Positions 1-13,709 of a DNA stretch of 64,000 bases are shown piece by piece. Origin of the DNA: Podarcis muralis. Lineage: Eukaryota. Made by a program: the position numbers and the translations under genes. A model generated the notes under the pieces. It did no database searches and had not been told where the DNA came from. It saw only the letters and a program-made list of their open reading frames with translations. Where the stretch lies: positions 62,558,001-62,622,000 of the forward strand of contig NC_135658.1 of NCBI RefSeq assembly GCF_964188315.1, in the 5' to 3' direction. The first letter of the stretch is position 1, and every line of letters starts with the position of its first letter.

Positions 1-840
1 ATGAATCCCAAGCTGGAATTAAGATCGCCAGAAGAAATATCAACAACCTCAGATATGCAGATGACACAACCTTGATGGCAGAAAGTGAGGAGGAATTAAA
101 GAACCTTTTAATGAGGGTGAAAGAAGAGAGCGCAAAATATGGTCTGAAGCTCAACATCAAAAAAACGAAGATCATGGCCACTGGTCCCATCACCTCCTGG
201 CAAATAGAAGGGGAAGAAATGGAGGCAGTGAGAGATTTTACTTTCTTGGGCTCCATGATCACTGCAGATGGTGACAGCAGTCACAAAATTAAAAGACGCC
301 TGCTCCTTGGGAGAAAGGCGATGGCAAACTTACGACAGCATCTTAAAAAGCAGAGACATCACCTTACCAACAAAGGCCCGTATAGTTAAAGCCATGGTTT
401 TCCCAGTAGTGATGTATGGAAGTGAGAGCTGGACCATAAAGAAGGCTGATCGCCGAAGAATTGATGCTTTTGAATTATGGTGCTGGAGGAGACTCTTGAG
501 AGTCCCATGGACTGCAAGAAGATCAAATGGATCCATTCTGAAGGAAATCAGCCCTGAGTGCTCACTGGAAGGACAGATTGTGAAGCTGAGGCTCCAATAC
601 TTTGGCCACCTCATGAGAAGAGAAGACTCCCTGGAAAAGACCCTGATGCTGGGAAAGATGGAGGGCACAAGGAGAAGGGGACGACAGAGGACGAGATGGC
701 TGGACAGTGTTCTCAAAGCTACAAACATGAGTCTGACCAAACTGTGGAAGGCAGTGGAAGACAGGAGTGCCTGGCGTGCTCTGGTCCATGGGGTCACGAA
801 GAGTCGGACACGACTAAACGACTAAACAAAAAAACACAAA
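1..840 (+). mobile_element. Bov-B (RTE clade) LINE, 3' part of the RT ORF, truncated by the window edge
   Basis: RT motif YADD at 54-65, in frame with ORF 72-389. Continues after a single frameshift near 330 into ORF 268-825 (FELWCWRRLLRVPWTARRSN...HGVTKSRTRLND). A/CAA-rich tail to ~840. Confidence 0.93.
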
Positions 841-1111
841 CATATTTAAATAACTAGGTTTAAATGCATTTTCTTTCAAACTAAGACTTTCTCAATGTAT
901 TTTTCTTTAAAATGTTCTAATGTATTTTGGCACTTTTTAAAAGCTGAGATATATGGTGGCATATTCAGGCAGTGCAAAAGCAAGTGGATAACTAAGTGCT
1001 CTTGTGCATGTTAGTCTGGGACCTGTGGATACGTTTATGGTGGAATTCACAAAGATGAAATTCCTCAAGTATCCCTAAGGTCTGTCAAGATAAGTTCACA
1101 AGCATAACACA

Positions 1112-1148
1112 AGAGAGAGAGAGAGAGAGAGAAAGCAAGAAACACACA

Positions 1149-1186
<38 letters not shown>
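1112..1186. repeat. Compound microsatellite (AG)n-(CA)n-(GA)n
   Basis: Directly visible dinucleotide runs. Confidence 0.95.
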
Positions 1187-3504
1187 ATATCTTATGGTTT
1201 ACTCCAAGAATCTCATAATCACAGCAGTGTCTTTCTCAGCTTTCAGAGAGCTGAAGCCAATGTCAGCAGACAGAACTTTCACAATCTTTTTTTAAAAAAA
1301 TATCTTACGACTATCATTATGTATTGTGCCAATTGATTTCACAGGTCAATTTTAGCATTCAGACTAACTTAATAAAATACTAGTTTATTCACAATTAACT
1401 CCAATATTTATTAAAAAGAGGAACATATAAATAAATCCTCTTCAGATGTTCTTGGTTCTGGGTTAAGTAAATTTGTGTGTTGTGGTATATGGGCAGAAGG
1501 ATGAGCGTAATAGTTCCCCTCAATCACTGTTCTGATCACATTTAATAAGTTGGAATACAATCTTCTGAAATGGGAAGCCTTCAGCACTTTAAGAAAATGA
1601 AGTTTCTAAAATATGTGCAGTCCTCTATTACCTACTTCAGATGGTCATCGTCCGGTTTGTATAGAGTAACAAGAACAACAATGATGATTGGAAGTGGATC
1701 TAACATGTTCATCCATAAAGCACTCCCTCACACGTGATTACTTAACACAGAAACAGAGTACCTGCAGAGATATTCTGGTTACAATCTAGTGAAAAAGCTC
1801 CATGTCTTCAGTGATGGTTTGTTACTCTGACTTTGCATTATAATTTTCTTTTTCTTTTTCAAAATCATTGTACTAATATTCATCAGTTCAGAGAAACCAC
1901 TATTATCGTCTTACTACGGTTTTTTTGCGTTAAGCATATTGTGTGTGTGTGTGTATTGTGACAAAGTGTCATTGAAAAACCTAAGTAATTCACTTAATCA
2001 TGTTTTCACATTGGATAATTTTATCTCCTAAATTTTACAAGTGTTTGTGTAATCCCTATATTTGCATATTTATTGACATTTGCAAGATAGGAAAGAAGAA
2101 GTATGAACTGAGCAACCATGCTTACAAGTAAAATATGGGCTTTGGATATGAGCAGCCCAGATACCTTGTTTATTAGAACACCATCTCATATTACTCCCTT
2201 AGGAGTATTCTGTACTCTGTGTACACCAATTATCCGAAGTTTCAAGGGAAAGGAGGGTAAATAATAAATGATACTGTAAGGACATTGCTGTTGAGTTTAC
2301 CATACTCTAGGGGAACGTAATATAAAAATTAAATCTCCTAATTCTGCCACTATAATAGGAAACATTAACATCAAATGTCACTTAACTGCATTTATGAAGG
2401 TTAGTTAATAAGCATCGTGGGTACCTTAAGACTGAATTTATTTAATTTTTGTGGAATCTTATTCAACCAGAGTATTATTAGCACAAGATACATTTTTCTT
2501 TCTACATAGGATGCTTCTAAAATATCCTCATCCAAATTTCTTCCTGCCGTTTGGAGTTCTGAAGCACCTGCTCTTGTTTGAGAACTGGAACCGATTAATT
2601 AGAAATCCTCCATTCACCCCCCCCCCCACCTTCACAATTTTGTAAATTCAGACTGTACATACACAGCTTGCCTCAGCTTTGAGTTATGCACTGGAAACAA
2701 ACAAACAAAATTGCATGTAATGTTTCCATGATATCTAAAATAGACACTTCTTCCAACTACAATGATATCTTACACCCATTTCAAGCCCATATAGATCTGG
2801 TCTCTGCAACAATGAATCAGCTTCGCTCCACAAAGAGGGATGAAAAGATTTCTCTTTATCCATTACTTTTCTGATCCTCTTGTTCACTCTGTGCTACATT
2901 CCATTCTTCCTGAATGGCAATTAAACTAGGAGAGTTTGTAAAATTAATTCTGCACAGAGTTCTTCAGCTTTCTCCCCTCTCCCAGAGACGTATGTGCACA
3001 TTGATAACGTACTGACCAAACACCTGGAGTATGGAAGATGCAATCTTGATGTAATCATAAACATAACTGCATCAAAATTAGTTTTGTTTGGCATTTACTG
3101 ATAGGCAGATTGGTTACACTACCCAAAATGGCAACTTTGTATTCCAGAACACCAGGTTGGTCTTTGGGTGGTGTTTTGTCAATGCACACATATGCTATTA
3201 GTAAAGCACTGAACAAAAGGAATCCATTTAATTGTGCATACAGTTCTATCAAGATCACTTTTTTTGCATGTTTTATCAATACAAACATTGTTAATATGAA
3301 GGATAATATGCAAAATTTGCACAATCAGTTTCCCTGGTTAATCAAAGGGGAAGGACATCTATATATGTTGAAAGTATGTTAGCAGCTTGAATGTACTTAT
3401 TAAAAATTATTAGCTTATATTGACTTCATACTGTCGATACTACTAGGGTGAATAAGACACTCACATTATGAAAGATAGAGTTTATTTAGCAGAAAATCAA
3501 TTTA

Positions 3505-3605
3505 GAGGATGGCTGGCTGTATGCTTTAATTGAGATTCCTGCAGGGCAGGGGGTTGGACTAGATGTTCTGTGGGTCCCCTTCCAACTCCACAATTCTATG
3601 ATTCC
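3505..3605 (+). mobile_element. CR1 LINE 3' terminal fragment
   Basis: GGGTTGGACTAGATG...CCTTCCAACTC...ATTCTATGATT, the typical CR1 3' end. Confidence 0.7.
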
Positions 3606-4046
3606 ATCACTGGACTATTCAGTTTTGCCTAACTATCATATCACATATTTGTTTGATACATTGTCAGGGAGACTTTTATTACCACTTCTATTGCACCATG
3701 TTTCCCAGGTCCCTGAGATGAGATTAAGCACGGCAGATAAAGATGGTACAAATCTATTTTTGTAGCTATTAAAAGCCCATTGGAATATCTAGAGCACAGA
3801 ATGTCTTGATCAAAAGGAAGCTTTAGAAGCATTCATTGTGCTGCCGCTCATGGGGGTGGAAGGGGAAAATTTAGCTGTTCCCCATCTTGCCAATCCAGGA
3901 ATCTAGACACAAATAGGAAGATTTAAAGGCTAGGAAGCAGAATATAAAGGGCAATGCTAAATGGCTAGATTATGAAAGGTGCAAGGGACAAAAAAGTGAG
4001 TTTTGATTTCTTATTTTAAGGTAAAAGATACAGAGTATGAATGTTA

Positions 4047-4642
4047 TACAGTGGTACCTCAGGATACATATGCTTCAGGTTACAGACTCCGCTTACCCAG
4101 AAATAGTGCTTCAGGTTAAGAACTTTGCTTCAGGATGAGAACAGAAATCGTGCTCCAGCGGTGCAGCAGCAGCGGGAGGCCCCATTTGCTAAAGTGGTGC
4201 TTCAGGTTAAGAACAGTTTCAGGTTAAGAACGGACCTCCAGAATGAATTTACTTAACCCGAGGTACCACGCGGGTGGCGCTGTGGGTAAAACCTCAGTGC
4301 CTAGGACTTGCTGATTGTATGGTCGGTGGTTCGAATCCCCGCGGCGGGGTGAGCTCCCGTTGTTCGGTCCCAGCTCCTGCCCACCTAGCAGTTCGAAAGC
4401 ACTCTTAAGTGCAAGTAGATAAATAGGTACCCCTTTATAGCGGGGAGGTAAACGGCGTTTCCGTGTGCTGCGCTGGTGCTGGCTCGCCAGCTGCAGCTTC
4501 GTCACGCTGGCCACGTGACTCAGAAGTGTCTTCGGACAGCGCCGGCTCATGGCCTATAGAGCGAGATGAGCACGCAACCCTCGAGTCAGACACGACTGGC
4601 CCGTACGGGCAGGGGTACCTTTACCTTTACCTTACCACTATA
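4047..4642. mobile_element. Tc1/mariner (pogo/Tigger-like) MITE whose right TIR is interrupted by a Sauria SINE
   Basis: TA|CAGTGGTACCTCAGG left TIR at 4047. Body matches the intact copy at 42095-42340. Right TIR GAGGTACCAC (to 4269) resumes as TACCACTATA at 4633-4642. Confidence 0.85.
4270..4632 (+). mobile_element. Sauria SINE (young subfamily)
   Basis: tRNA-derived head GCGGGTGGCGCTGTGGGTAAAACC...GGTTCGAATCCC; core GTGCAAGTAGATAAATAGGTACC; (ACCTTT)n tail; TACCAC duplicated at 4264-4269 and 4633-4638. Confidence 0.92.
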
Positions 4643-5974
4643 ATAGGTTTCCTGTATGCCCATTTAGAAGCTAGACTTTGGTAGAAGAGTATAGAGTTCT
4701 ATAACAAGCTCAAAAGAGACATTCATCTCACTCTTACTGTCATCACTCTGATTATGAAGCAAAGTGTAGGGTAAAGCCATGACCAAAACTGGACAGATTT
4801 GAACTAGACAGGGATTGAAAATATTTGCATTTCAAATGGCAAATTTAAATGGCAGTGCTCTGGCGATTCTCTTGGTGTTTTAGAATTTTGATGGCTGCAG
4901 GACTGCACTTACCTTAACACTACAAGGTGACTGAGGCTACTGCATGTATTCCAGGTAACAAATTTCAGGTCATTCACAAACACACAACTGTGATTCATCT
5001 TGTCGTTTATCTGTCAGACTTTGAAACTGTGGGTGAATGTTGTGTTTAATAGCCTCTGTGTAGTTCTGCAGTACTTGTGATGCTTAACATGCTGCCAACA
5101 ACCTTTAATTATAATAGCCACTGAAATATCTCTCAATTAAGACACATCATTTAATAGCAGTTCAGAAAATGCTCCTGCCATAGAAAAAGGGGAAATTTAA
5201 TTCTTGATCTACAGCTTTTCTGTTTCCTTTACAAAACTGTGTAAACTTCTGTGACATTTAATGCAGCACATTTAGGCAACATAATATGTAATAAATGGAA
5301 AGTGATCTTTTAAAGCTCTTACAAGTTAAATACAACTGTATCTAGCTGGAGTCATATTGTTACAAGTCATCACACTTTATCTTTCCCATTTACAGTTATG
5401 ACTACTGTTTCTTTAGTGAGAAAGCAATATTCCTCTGCCCTAATAGTGTAATTTATTATCAGCCAAGAAGATTTCAAGGCAATCTGAATTTTATTACGCT
5501 TTCAATATATTTACATTAAAGATGCCTTGATAGTATATTGCTGCAGACAAGTAGCAACGTATTATCATCAGGGGGAGGGGGTATAATTTCCCTTCAGCAA
5601 AGATATGTTAGTGTTCCATACATAATACTGAATTTAGCTATATACCTAAGAACATTATGTCAAAACCATTCTATCTAAAGGTGTCTTAGAAGAAAGTGAA
5701 GGTGCACAAAATTCAACATTTCAGCTAGATAAATTGAAAATAAATGTAAATGCTGAAGGATCATTGCTGACCCATTAATATAAAAGGACATTTATAGCAA
5801 TCCCTTCTTCTCCTTTTAATCTGGCTGTCATAGAGATGCATGAAAATGAATTTAATACAACTAGGACTTCCTTGATCATTTTACTCAGGCTGCGTGCCCT
5901 GTAATTATATGAAACATTTCTCTCCTAAAGACTACCAGATGTGCACTTGATTTATTGTTGCACTCCTTCATAGA

Positions 5975-6150
5975 AATATAAGATGGCCATGCTGAATCAC
6001 ACACCAGATCCTTCCAGCCAAGTAGCCTATTTTCTGACAGTAATCCTCCTCTAGAAACATCAGAAGAATGGAATGTGGAAACCATTCCCCACAGCTTCTG
6101 ACATTCAGAAGCATGCCAGCTCTAAATATGAAGAATTCTGTTTGCTGTAG
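5975..6150 (-). mobile_element. Degenerate CR1-like LINE 3' fragment
   Basis: Resembles the reverse complement of the 3' end at 54827-55170; heavily diverged. Confidence 0.35.
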
Positions 6151-6189
6151 AGGTTATTGTTGCAGGTTGAAGCTGCTACAACAGTTAGA

Positions 6190-6352
6190 GAATCAGTGGG
6201 ATATGGGTTCAGAGAGAACCTGAATGGGTGAACTTGAGGCAGTTACTATCTGGTAGTCTAGCAAACCTCACAAGGATAAAATGGCTGGGAGATCACTCAG
6301 GTATGCCACCCAGAATTCCTTGGATAAAGGGTGGAATTAAAAATAAATAATT
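6190..6352 (+). mobile_element. Degenerate tRNA-derived SINE (Squam3-like)
   Basis: Similar to the better copy at 43275-43471; ends in an AAATAAATAA tail. Confidence 0.4.
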
Positions 6353-6958
6353 GATAGTTTAAAAAATGTTAATAGAAAAACAAATGTATAAAGTTTATCT
6401 AAAGCGACTTTTATATCTTCTCCCAGCTGCTTGGGAAAGCACTGCAAGAATGTTTAAATAACTCAGGCACACAGGCAAGGTCCCATTCCATCAGTTTTTC
6501 TCATGGAATCGGCACTTCCAATTCTATGAGAAAAGAACTATGTAATTAGTCCCTGCAGGAGCTGTTTGTGAATATATAGAATCCATGCAGCTGGAGAACA
6601 TCTAAAGGGTACCTAAACTGTACATACATTTAGAAATCCAACAACAGTAGTAGGCTTAAGTACCAAAGTGAAGTAGCTTGTTGAACAAGTAGCATTTCAG
6701 TATTCACAAATGCTAACCAGCACAAATTGATAGAGGCCAATGAATGTTTCTCTTCCAGACTTGGCAAGAAAGAGTTCAAAGGAGTCAGATAAACCTGTAC
6801 TTGGATGTTGCAGGTGACTGCTTGCAAAGGATTTATGACTATGTCTAAAAGACCCAAGGTTAAATGACCAGTTCTTTGATCTTTCTGAAAATGTGTGTAT
6901 TTGTATTTTGGGGGGAAGGGAGGAGTGATCATACTTGTATCTACCACCCAAATAAACA

Positions 6959-7127
6959 TACCATATTTTTTTGTCTATAAGACGCCCCCATGTATAAGAT
7001 GCCCCCTATTTTGGGGGACTCAGATTTAAGAAAATAGGGGAGATGGCCCAGTGCATAAGACACCCCCTAATTTTTGACATTGTTTTTAAGGAGAAAAGCC
7101 TAGTCTTGTACACGGAAAAATACGGTA
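6959..7127. mobile_element. Tc1/mariner-type MITE
   Basis: Imperfect TIRs: TA|CCATATTTTTTTGTCTATAAGAC on the left, GTCTTGTACACGGAAAAATACGG|TA on the right; TA flanks; internal TATAAGAC(G/A)CCCC repeats. Confidence 0.8.
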
Positions 7128-9015
7128 TATAATGAATATCTACTTGAAGATATAATATAATAATAATAATTTATTATTTATACCCCACCCATCTGGCTGA
7201 GTTTCCCCAGCCACATAGTTCAATGCATACAATCTGGGATTCAGAACAACAAAAACCACCATCACTGGATGTTCTTCATCTCCATGTTGAACAGCACAGA
7301 AGCAAGGACCAAGACCCTAAGGTTGTATGCTTCTCTTTCAACATCTGCCCATACACCACAGGTGTCTGTAGCAAGGGGGCCTTTGCACATCTCTTGCATG
7401 CACAAAGACGTGCTTCCTATATATGTGCAAAGGCTCCTTTGCTTCAGACAACCATGCCATGCACACATATGCCATACCAGGCACACCCAGGGTCATGAGT
7501 GGGGCTGCTCGGCTATTCAAGACAGGAGTGAATAACAACCGAACTGGGCCAAATAGACTGAATAAGCAGAGAATCAAATTCTAACTCATGCATGCCCTCG
7601 ACAAAACACATTCTCCCCAGGCTTAAGTTGTGATGATAAAAAACCGGCATGGATCTATATTTCTTAAGTTACATAAATGATTTAAACATAATCATAAATT
7701 TGATACGATATAACATCACAATAAACTTTTCACATACATCTCGACCAGGAATAAATCACAACTATTAATTCTTTAGAAAAGAAAGAAAGATTGAATATAT
7801 TGGGAGAACTCATTTTCCACATTTTTTTTTTTAAAAAACAACAACACACAGATCACTTCACCACTATATCAGTAGTTTATCTCATTGGATGTTACTGTTG
7901 TACAAACACCTGAGCAAACAAGATTTAGGACACCGAAGGAAAAGTAAAATTGGTGAAACTGCAGCAGCATAGTCAGCACAGGGTTTGAAGCAGTGCCAAA
8001 ACAATTTGCCACAGCCCTTCCTCTCATTTTGCGCAGAACAATCCAAAATAACAGAGAGCAGAAAGGTTCAGAGAAAGGAGTTTATTTATTTTATTTTACT
8101 TGCCTACTCCCTCCTTTTGTGTCTCCATTGTTCCAGTCTTTATCAGATAGCAAACTTGCAGCACTTCGCCATTTCCTGCCATAAGCTCCTTATTTTGTTA
8201 ATTGCTCAGTACCAACATAAATAAACAGTTAGCAATCTTCTCAAATAATAAAATAATTCTAGAAATAAGATTGTAATTACTATTTTAATTGACTACTATC
8301 TTGAAAGAGAGAGCTGAAGAAGGAAAGGTTTAAATAGTACTAGAACATTTTAAACATGAAAATACTCCTATGATATACGTATGTCAGAACAAACAGCAGA
8401 TCTTCATAGGATGAAAAACTTAACAGAACATTTTAAAGTCCTCCTCCATAGTCCCACAATGGGTTTTCTTGATGGAAATCAAGGAAATCAAGTATTTAAT
8501 ATACAGAAAATTATTCCATCAAGCTGTATGCAACACCAACATTTGAATACTCATACTTAATAGAAATATGGCCAGTATAAAATGCACCTGAATTATTTCT
8601 TCCACCCCAACTATATTCCTGAAAGTGAGTTGTTATGTTTGTGATTATGCATACATTGGTTAATACCTTTACTTAGAATATTGTTTTTAGTCACCAGAGA
8701 TATACTTCTCCATTCTGCAATGTTTCCGATTATAGTTCTACAACAGCTTTCATACCTCAACAGCATTAATTTGGACACAAACTCACAAAGACCTTCTAGA
8801 ACTCCCTTTAAGGTGAAGTAAAGTGAGTGATCTACCTGCAACTCTTGTAAACAGATTCAAGCCCATTTCAGACTTTTAGAATGCTGCAAAACCACACTAA
8901 GAAACCTAACAACTGGAAAAAAGCAACCATATCAGCAAAAATGGAAAACTAGCAAGAGACCCAAAATAAGACCTTTCCTCATCGTCAAAAATGTATACTG
9001 GGAATCTCTGATTAC

Positions 9016-9169
9016 CTGTAACTGTTAATTCTGTAGTTCTTCTGACAAAAAACATTCCATATTTTAATTCGCACGTGTAATTTCCAATGTCATCTTCTCT
9101 GACCTCCTGGATAACAAGAACGTCCTTCTTGAATACAATACTTGGCCTCCAGGTTGTGACTTGGCATTC
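9016..9169 (-). CDS. IL1RAPL1: IL1RAPL1 coding exon (equivalent to human exon 5; second Ig domain), not in ORF track
   Basis: Manual translation of the minus strand gives [60 protein letters not shown] acceptor (9172-9170); CAG|GTAATC donor (9015); 154 bp; phase 0 start matches the previous exon. Confidence 0.96.
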
Positions 9170-11254
9170 CTGTGCAAAGATAATTACAGTGCCTCAGTGA
9201 CTACAGTCCTTGTACTTAAATCTGAAAGACTGATTCATTTCCAAACTAGCAAGCGTTTAAAAAGGTGGCGTACAACCAAAAAAAGTTCATTAGTTCTGTA
9301 AACTAGAAACTATTTTGGATCACGTTCAGAGCTTTTGAAAGCGCTTGATTTCAGTTTTTCGCATAAAACTATGCACCTAATTCGGCCAAGAGGGGCTTAT
9401 TGTGCATGCTTTGTATTTGCCCAATAGCCAAGCTGAGATGGCTAATGGGTCAAAGGTACTGGAGAAAATTGCAATGTGGACTGTTAAGGAGCAAGGCTTC
9501 ACCTCTGTGAATGGACAGTCCTTTCCAATTCAGTTTTTGTGATTTATTTTTAAAGCATGAAAAAGTTGGATTTAAGCTGAATGCATTTTATATACATTTG
9601 TCCTGCAAAACAGTAGCAGCCGGTGAAGTGTAATAGGGTGGAGTAATGTTACCTGGCTTCCCAACATGGCGGATGGTGCTGGTAACCAAGAGGGAGAAGA
9701 GGAGCTCAGAGCAATTCAACATTCCTGCTGTTGCACCTGCAGTGCTCCAGTCTCCTCACTGCCTCTACCTCCCAGAAACCTCCACATGGGTATGAGGTGC
9801 TCAAGTGGTGGGAGATATTCATAATTATTTATTATACTTCTCCTTGTATTCTGAACTGAGGGTGACTTTATTCTTTATTTGTCAAGTAAGATACCCGGTG
9901 GTGATAATTAAGCAAAAATCACACGTTTGCTATCTAATTATGACAAATTTGTGACAGAGTTGTGAGATTTGCTGTGGCCAGAAAGCTGAAGAGAAATTTT
10001 ATTGAGGTTAATATGCTGAACTGCAAGGATTTAATTTGATTTTTAAAAACGTATTAGTTCCTTTGGCCTTTTGTATTTTAACATTGTAAAACTTCTGTAT
10101 ACTATTATTTTAGGCATATTTTAACATAAAGATATATTTTGCTTGATGTTGTTCTTTAATATTGTACTAGTGTGTTTGATATGACCATGATAGTCAAACA
10201 ACAACAATAAATTACACCCCATAAACTAAACCTTCACATTGGGAACCCAGGCAAACAATGCTGCCCTATCCTGTGCTGCCCCGCCAGCTGCTATTTCTCC
10301 AAAATATGCAATTTTTATTGTGTTCTAATCCATTTCATCTTAAAATTCACATTTGTATTCATTTTCCCCATAAACTTGTATCTATTTTGTGAAATTGTCT
10401 TGAAGAATTCAGAAAAGTACGTAATCTGCCTGACATAAATCTGGGACAGATGAAGTAAATCAGCTTGCTTCAAAATGTGGGCAGAACTTTTTTGTGTCAA
10501 TCTGTATTATCCACAAAAGTATCACATAGCCTCCTTTGGATTATATTAATGGGAGAAGACTAGTTTTAGATCAATATCATGCTGATTTGATGCAAGACCA
10601 AGTAATCTGATAACCATGGATTATACAATAATCCACCCACCCATCTATTCATTCATCCATCCATGGATTTTACAATCTATGGGTCACTTGTTCTAAGAAA
10701 CAAAAGTGTTTTTTTAAGCAACACAGAACTTATATCAGGTTTATATCAGCTTTCTCTTTGGTGAAGTGATGCTAATTTGGGCTGATTATGTAATATCTGA
10801 AAGTGCTTTAGGAAACATCTTGAGGTACTTTATGATTTTTCAAACATGCTGAGCAACCATAATGCTAACTTATTTTCCATTAGATAGAAAAAGCTCAAAT
10901 AACTCATCACCATGACAACAGTTTGGATACCAGTCAGAGATTTTACATCCCTGAAAAGGTTAGAAAGTTCCTTGTACATTAACATTACAGTTGGGACTTC
11001 TGTAATAAGAGTGAAAGGAATATGTTTTACAGTCAAGCAGACAGCAGTTAGCATTGGCATCTTTTTTCCGACGGGGCTCCTGGGCTGTGTGACATGCAGA
11101 AATACTAATGGTAAAGATTTTCCCATGACTGCTTCTCTATTCCATCTGATGAGTTACTGCTAGATATGCAGTTGTTAAGTACACAATTATTAAAAGCAAC
11201 AAAGGGAAAATATAGCTAATGTTGGGGAAGAGCAGAAATATCTAGTGGAATAGT

Positions 11255-11610
11255 CTCATTTATTTCTTTAAAGGATTTATAATCCACTTTTTGAGCATGC
11301 ATTATATGTAAGATGTAATACAAGCCATATGTAATATAAAACCATTCAACATATTCACTAATAATACACTAGCCTAGAAGCCAGCACAAAATATACAATC
11401 AAACATGAGAAATGCAAATTCAGGAGATGTTGGCACAGCATCCCCAGTTTATGATCCAGCTTATATTACACATCAGAGGCCTTAGTGAAAAGGTAAGTCT
11501 TCAAGGCCCACTTAAATGCTATAAGGAAGGGGGCATGCATAACCATAAAAGGAAATGAATTCCATTATTGCAGGACCATTGCCAAGATGGCCCTGTTACA
11601 AGTGCCTGCC
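11255..11610 (-). mobile_element. L2 LINE 3' fragment
   Basis: Reverse-oriented L2-type 3' end (GTCTTCAAGGCCCACTTAAATG...GAATTCCATT), preceded by a TTATTT-type tail. Confidence 0.5.
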
Positions 11611-12004
11611 AGCCTAATTATCTTCACCTAATTGTCATTCATAAGTAGAATGATTAATGCCTTAATTATATCAGGAAAAGCAAAATATAAGGTGTCACTA
11701 ATGTAATTCCATTTATGAAATTACACAACTATTCACACTGAAGTAAGGACCAGCATTTGTTTTGGAACTCTTATACATGAATATAAATTAACTTCACTCT
11801 TTAAAGTTAAATATACTATATAGATGGAAAACCCTTTTAACAAACAGTACAGTTTTAAATTTTGCTCTGCTTTGCTTTTTGGAAGTACATTAATTTGAAT
11901 GCATTTATTTTTCAGTGCTACAGGAGATTTTGAACACTATAATACTTAAAATCAGCTTCTGCCAACCTATGACAGCATGGAGCCACCCACCCTTTGTCCT
12001 TGTG

Positions 12005-12450
12005 CTGGAATGTGTGCAGAGGAGGGCAACCAAGATGATCAAGGGTCTGGAAACTAAGCCTTACGAGGAATGGTTGAAGGAATTAAGTATTTTAAACCTG
12101 GTAGAGAGGAGGCTGAGAGGAGTTATGATAGCCATCTTCAAATATCTAAAGGGCTGCTCACATGCGGTATGGAACCAGCTTGTTTTCTCCTTCTCCGGAG
12201 GGTAGGACCCAAACTAAAGGCTTCAAGTTACAGGGAAGGAATTTCCAACTAAACATCAGGAATAATGTTCTGATGGTAAAAGCTGTTTGATGGTGGAACG
12301 TTCTCCCTCAGGAGGTTGTGGACTCTCCTTCCTTGGAGGTTTTTAAGCAGAGGTTGGATGGTCATCTATCATGGATGCTGTAGTTGAGATTCTTGAATAG
12401 CAGAGGGTTGGACTAGATGATCCTTTGCTTCCCTACAATTCTATGATTCT
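12005..12450 (+). mobile_element. CR1 LINE 3' fragment
   Basis: Encodes [27 protein letters not shown]...[16 protein letters not shown] (CR1 ORF2 C-terminus) and ends in ATTCTATGATTCT. Confidence 0.9.
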
Positions 12451-12806
12451 CAAGTTTTACATATTCTGCAGTTGACCTAGGACTGCCAACACTAGCATGG
12501 TGTACCATATTTATTTACCATGTTCAGCATAGGACTCAGGTTTAAGGCACTGGGAAGCAAGGAAAACTAAGCTCTAATGCTGCCACACATTTTTACAGCA
12601 GTGCCCATGCTCTCCCTCCTACCACTTCTTAAATGGGTAAGGGTAAGCAGATGCAAATAATGACATAACTAAGAGTGTGTAAGGCTACAAAACAGGGTGG
12701 CAGGAAGGTTGGCATAAACTAGGCAAAAACTGAACCCATTTTGAATCTAACCCTGACCTAATTGCCTGGGATCAATCAAAAGGGCCTGTGGTTGCATATG
12801 TGTGAA

Positions 12807-13172
12807 CTAAGGTAAAGGTAAAGGTACCCCTACCCGTACGGGCCAGTCTTGACAGACTCTAGGGTTGTGCGCCCATCTCACTCTATAGGCCGGGGGCCAG
12901 CGCTGTCCGGAGACACTTCCGGGTCACGTGGCCAGCGTGACAAAGCTGCATCTGGCGAGCCAGCGCAGCACACGGAAACGCCGTTTACCTTCCCACTAGT
13001 AAGCGGTCCCTATTTATCTACTTGCACCCGGGGGTGCTTTCGAACTGCTAGGTTGGCAGGCGCTGGGACCGAGCAACGGGAGTGCACCCCGCCGCGGGGA
13101 TTCGAACTGCCGACCATGCGATCGGCAAGTCCTAGGCGCTGAGGTTTTACCCACAGCGCCACCTGCGTCCCC
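12807..13172 (-). mobile_element. Sauria SINE (young subfamily), full length
   Basis: Reverse complement of the (ACCTTT)n tail at the left and tRNA head at the right; TSD ATGTGTGAA at 12798-12806 and 13173-13181. Confidence 0.93.
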
Positions 13173-13709
13173 ATGTGTGAAATACAACTGGAATACAATA
13201 TTCACTATGCCTGCTTGTAAGCATCTAGGCTACTGTACATGTTGAGGCCAGCCAAGCCCAGATCAGGTCTTCTTTGTTGATCCCACTATCCTTAGATAAT
13301 TCTGCAATGGCAGCTTAGCTATGTCTGATGTTTGTTGGATAAAACACACCTTCAGACGATGAGCTAGATTCAAAAATCCCACATTTCAGAACTAGAGAGC
13401 TAGCTATATTATTACTTTACATATTGATATATGCATATATAGCCTTGAGGATGTATGTGGAGAGGCAAATAAAACAAGCAGAACAGAAATATGAGAGAGA
13501 ATTTCAAATTCAGTCATTGCTGAATACAGAAATGGGCATTTTACTTTCCCAGCAAGTATTCTGCAGCCGCTCTTTCTCTGTGTCCTTATTAGTTTCCTAA
13601 ATCACACCGAGCTGTATTTACTGTTCAAGTAAATTCTTCAGATTACTGGAAATGCATCAGAACATTTAATATTTTGTTGGAAGCAGCCAAAGCTTTTCAT
13701 ATTTCTTAC

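Noticed and set aside
1632-1761. Possible cryptic IL1RAPL1 exon (CTGCAG| ... TAG|GTAATA, minus strand)
   Set aside because: Weak pyrimidine tract, early stop in the phase following exon 5, and it is not the expected exon 6 sequence (APLTDKPP).
4270-4370. tRNA gene (A/B-box-like GTGGCGCTGTGG, GGTTCGAATCCC)
   Set aside because: It is the tRNA-derived head of a Sauria SINE; the same applies to the other SINE copies.
9478-9521. Nested short stems (GGACTGT/ACAGTCC) near exon 5 as a structured ncRNA
   Set aside because: Stems are only 5-7 bp and there are no snoRNA box motifs.
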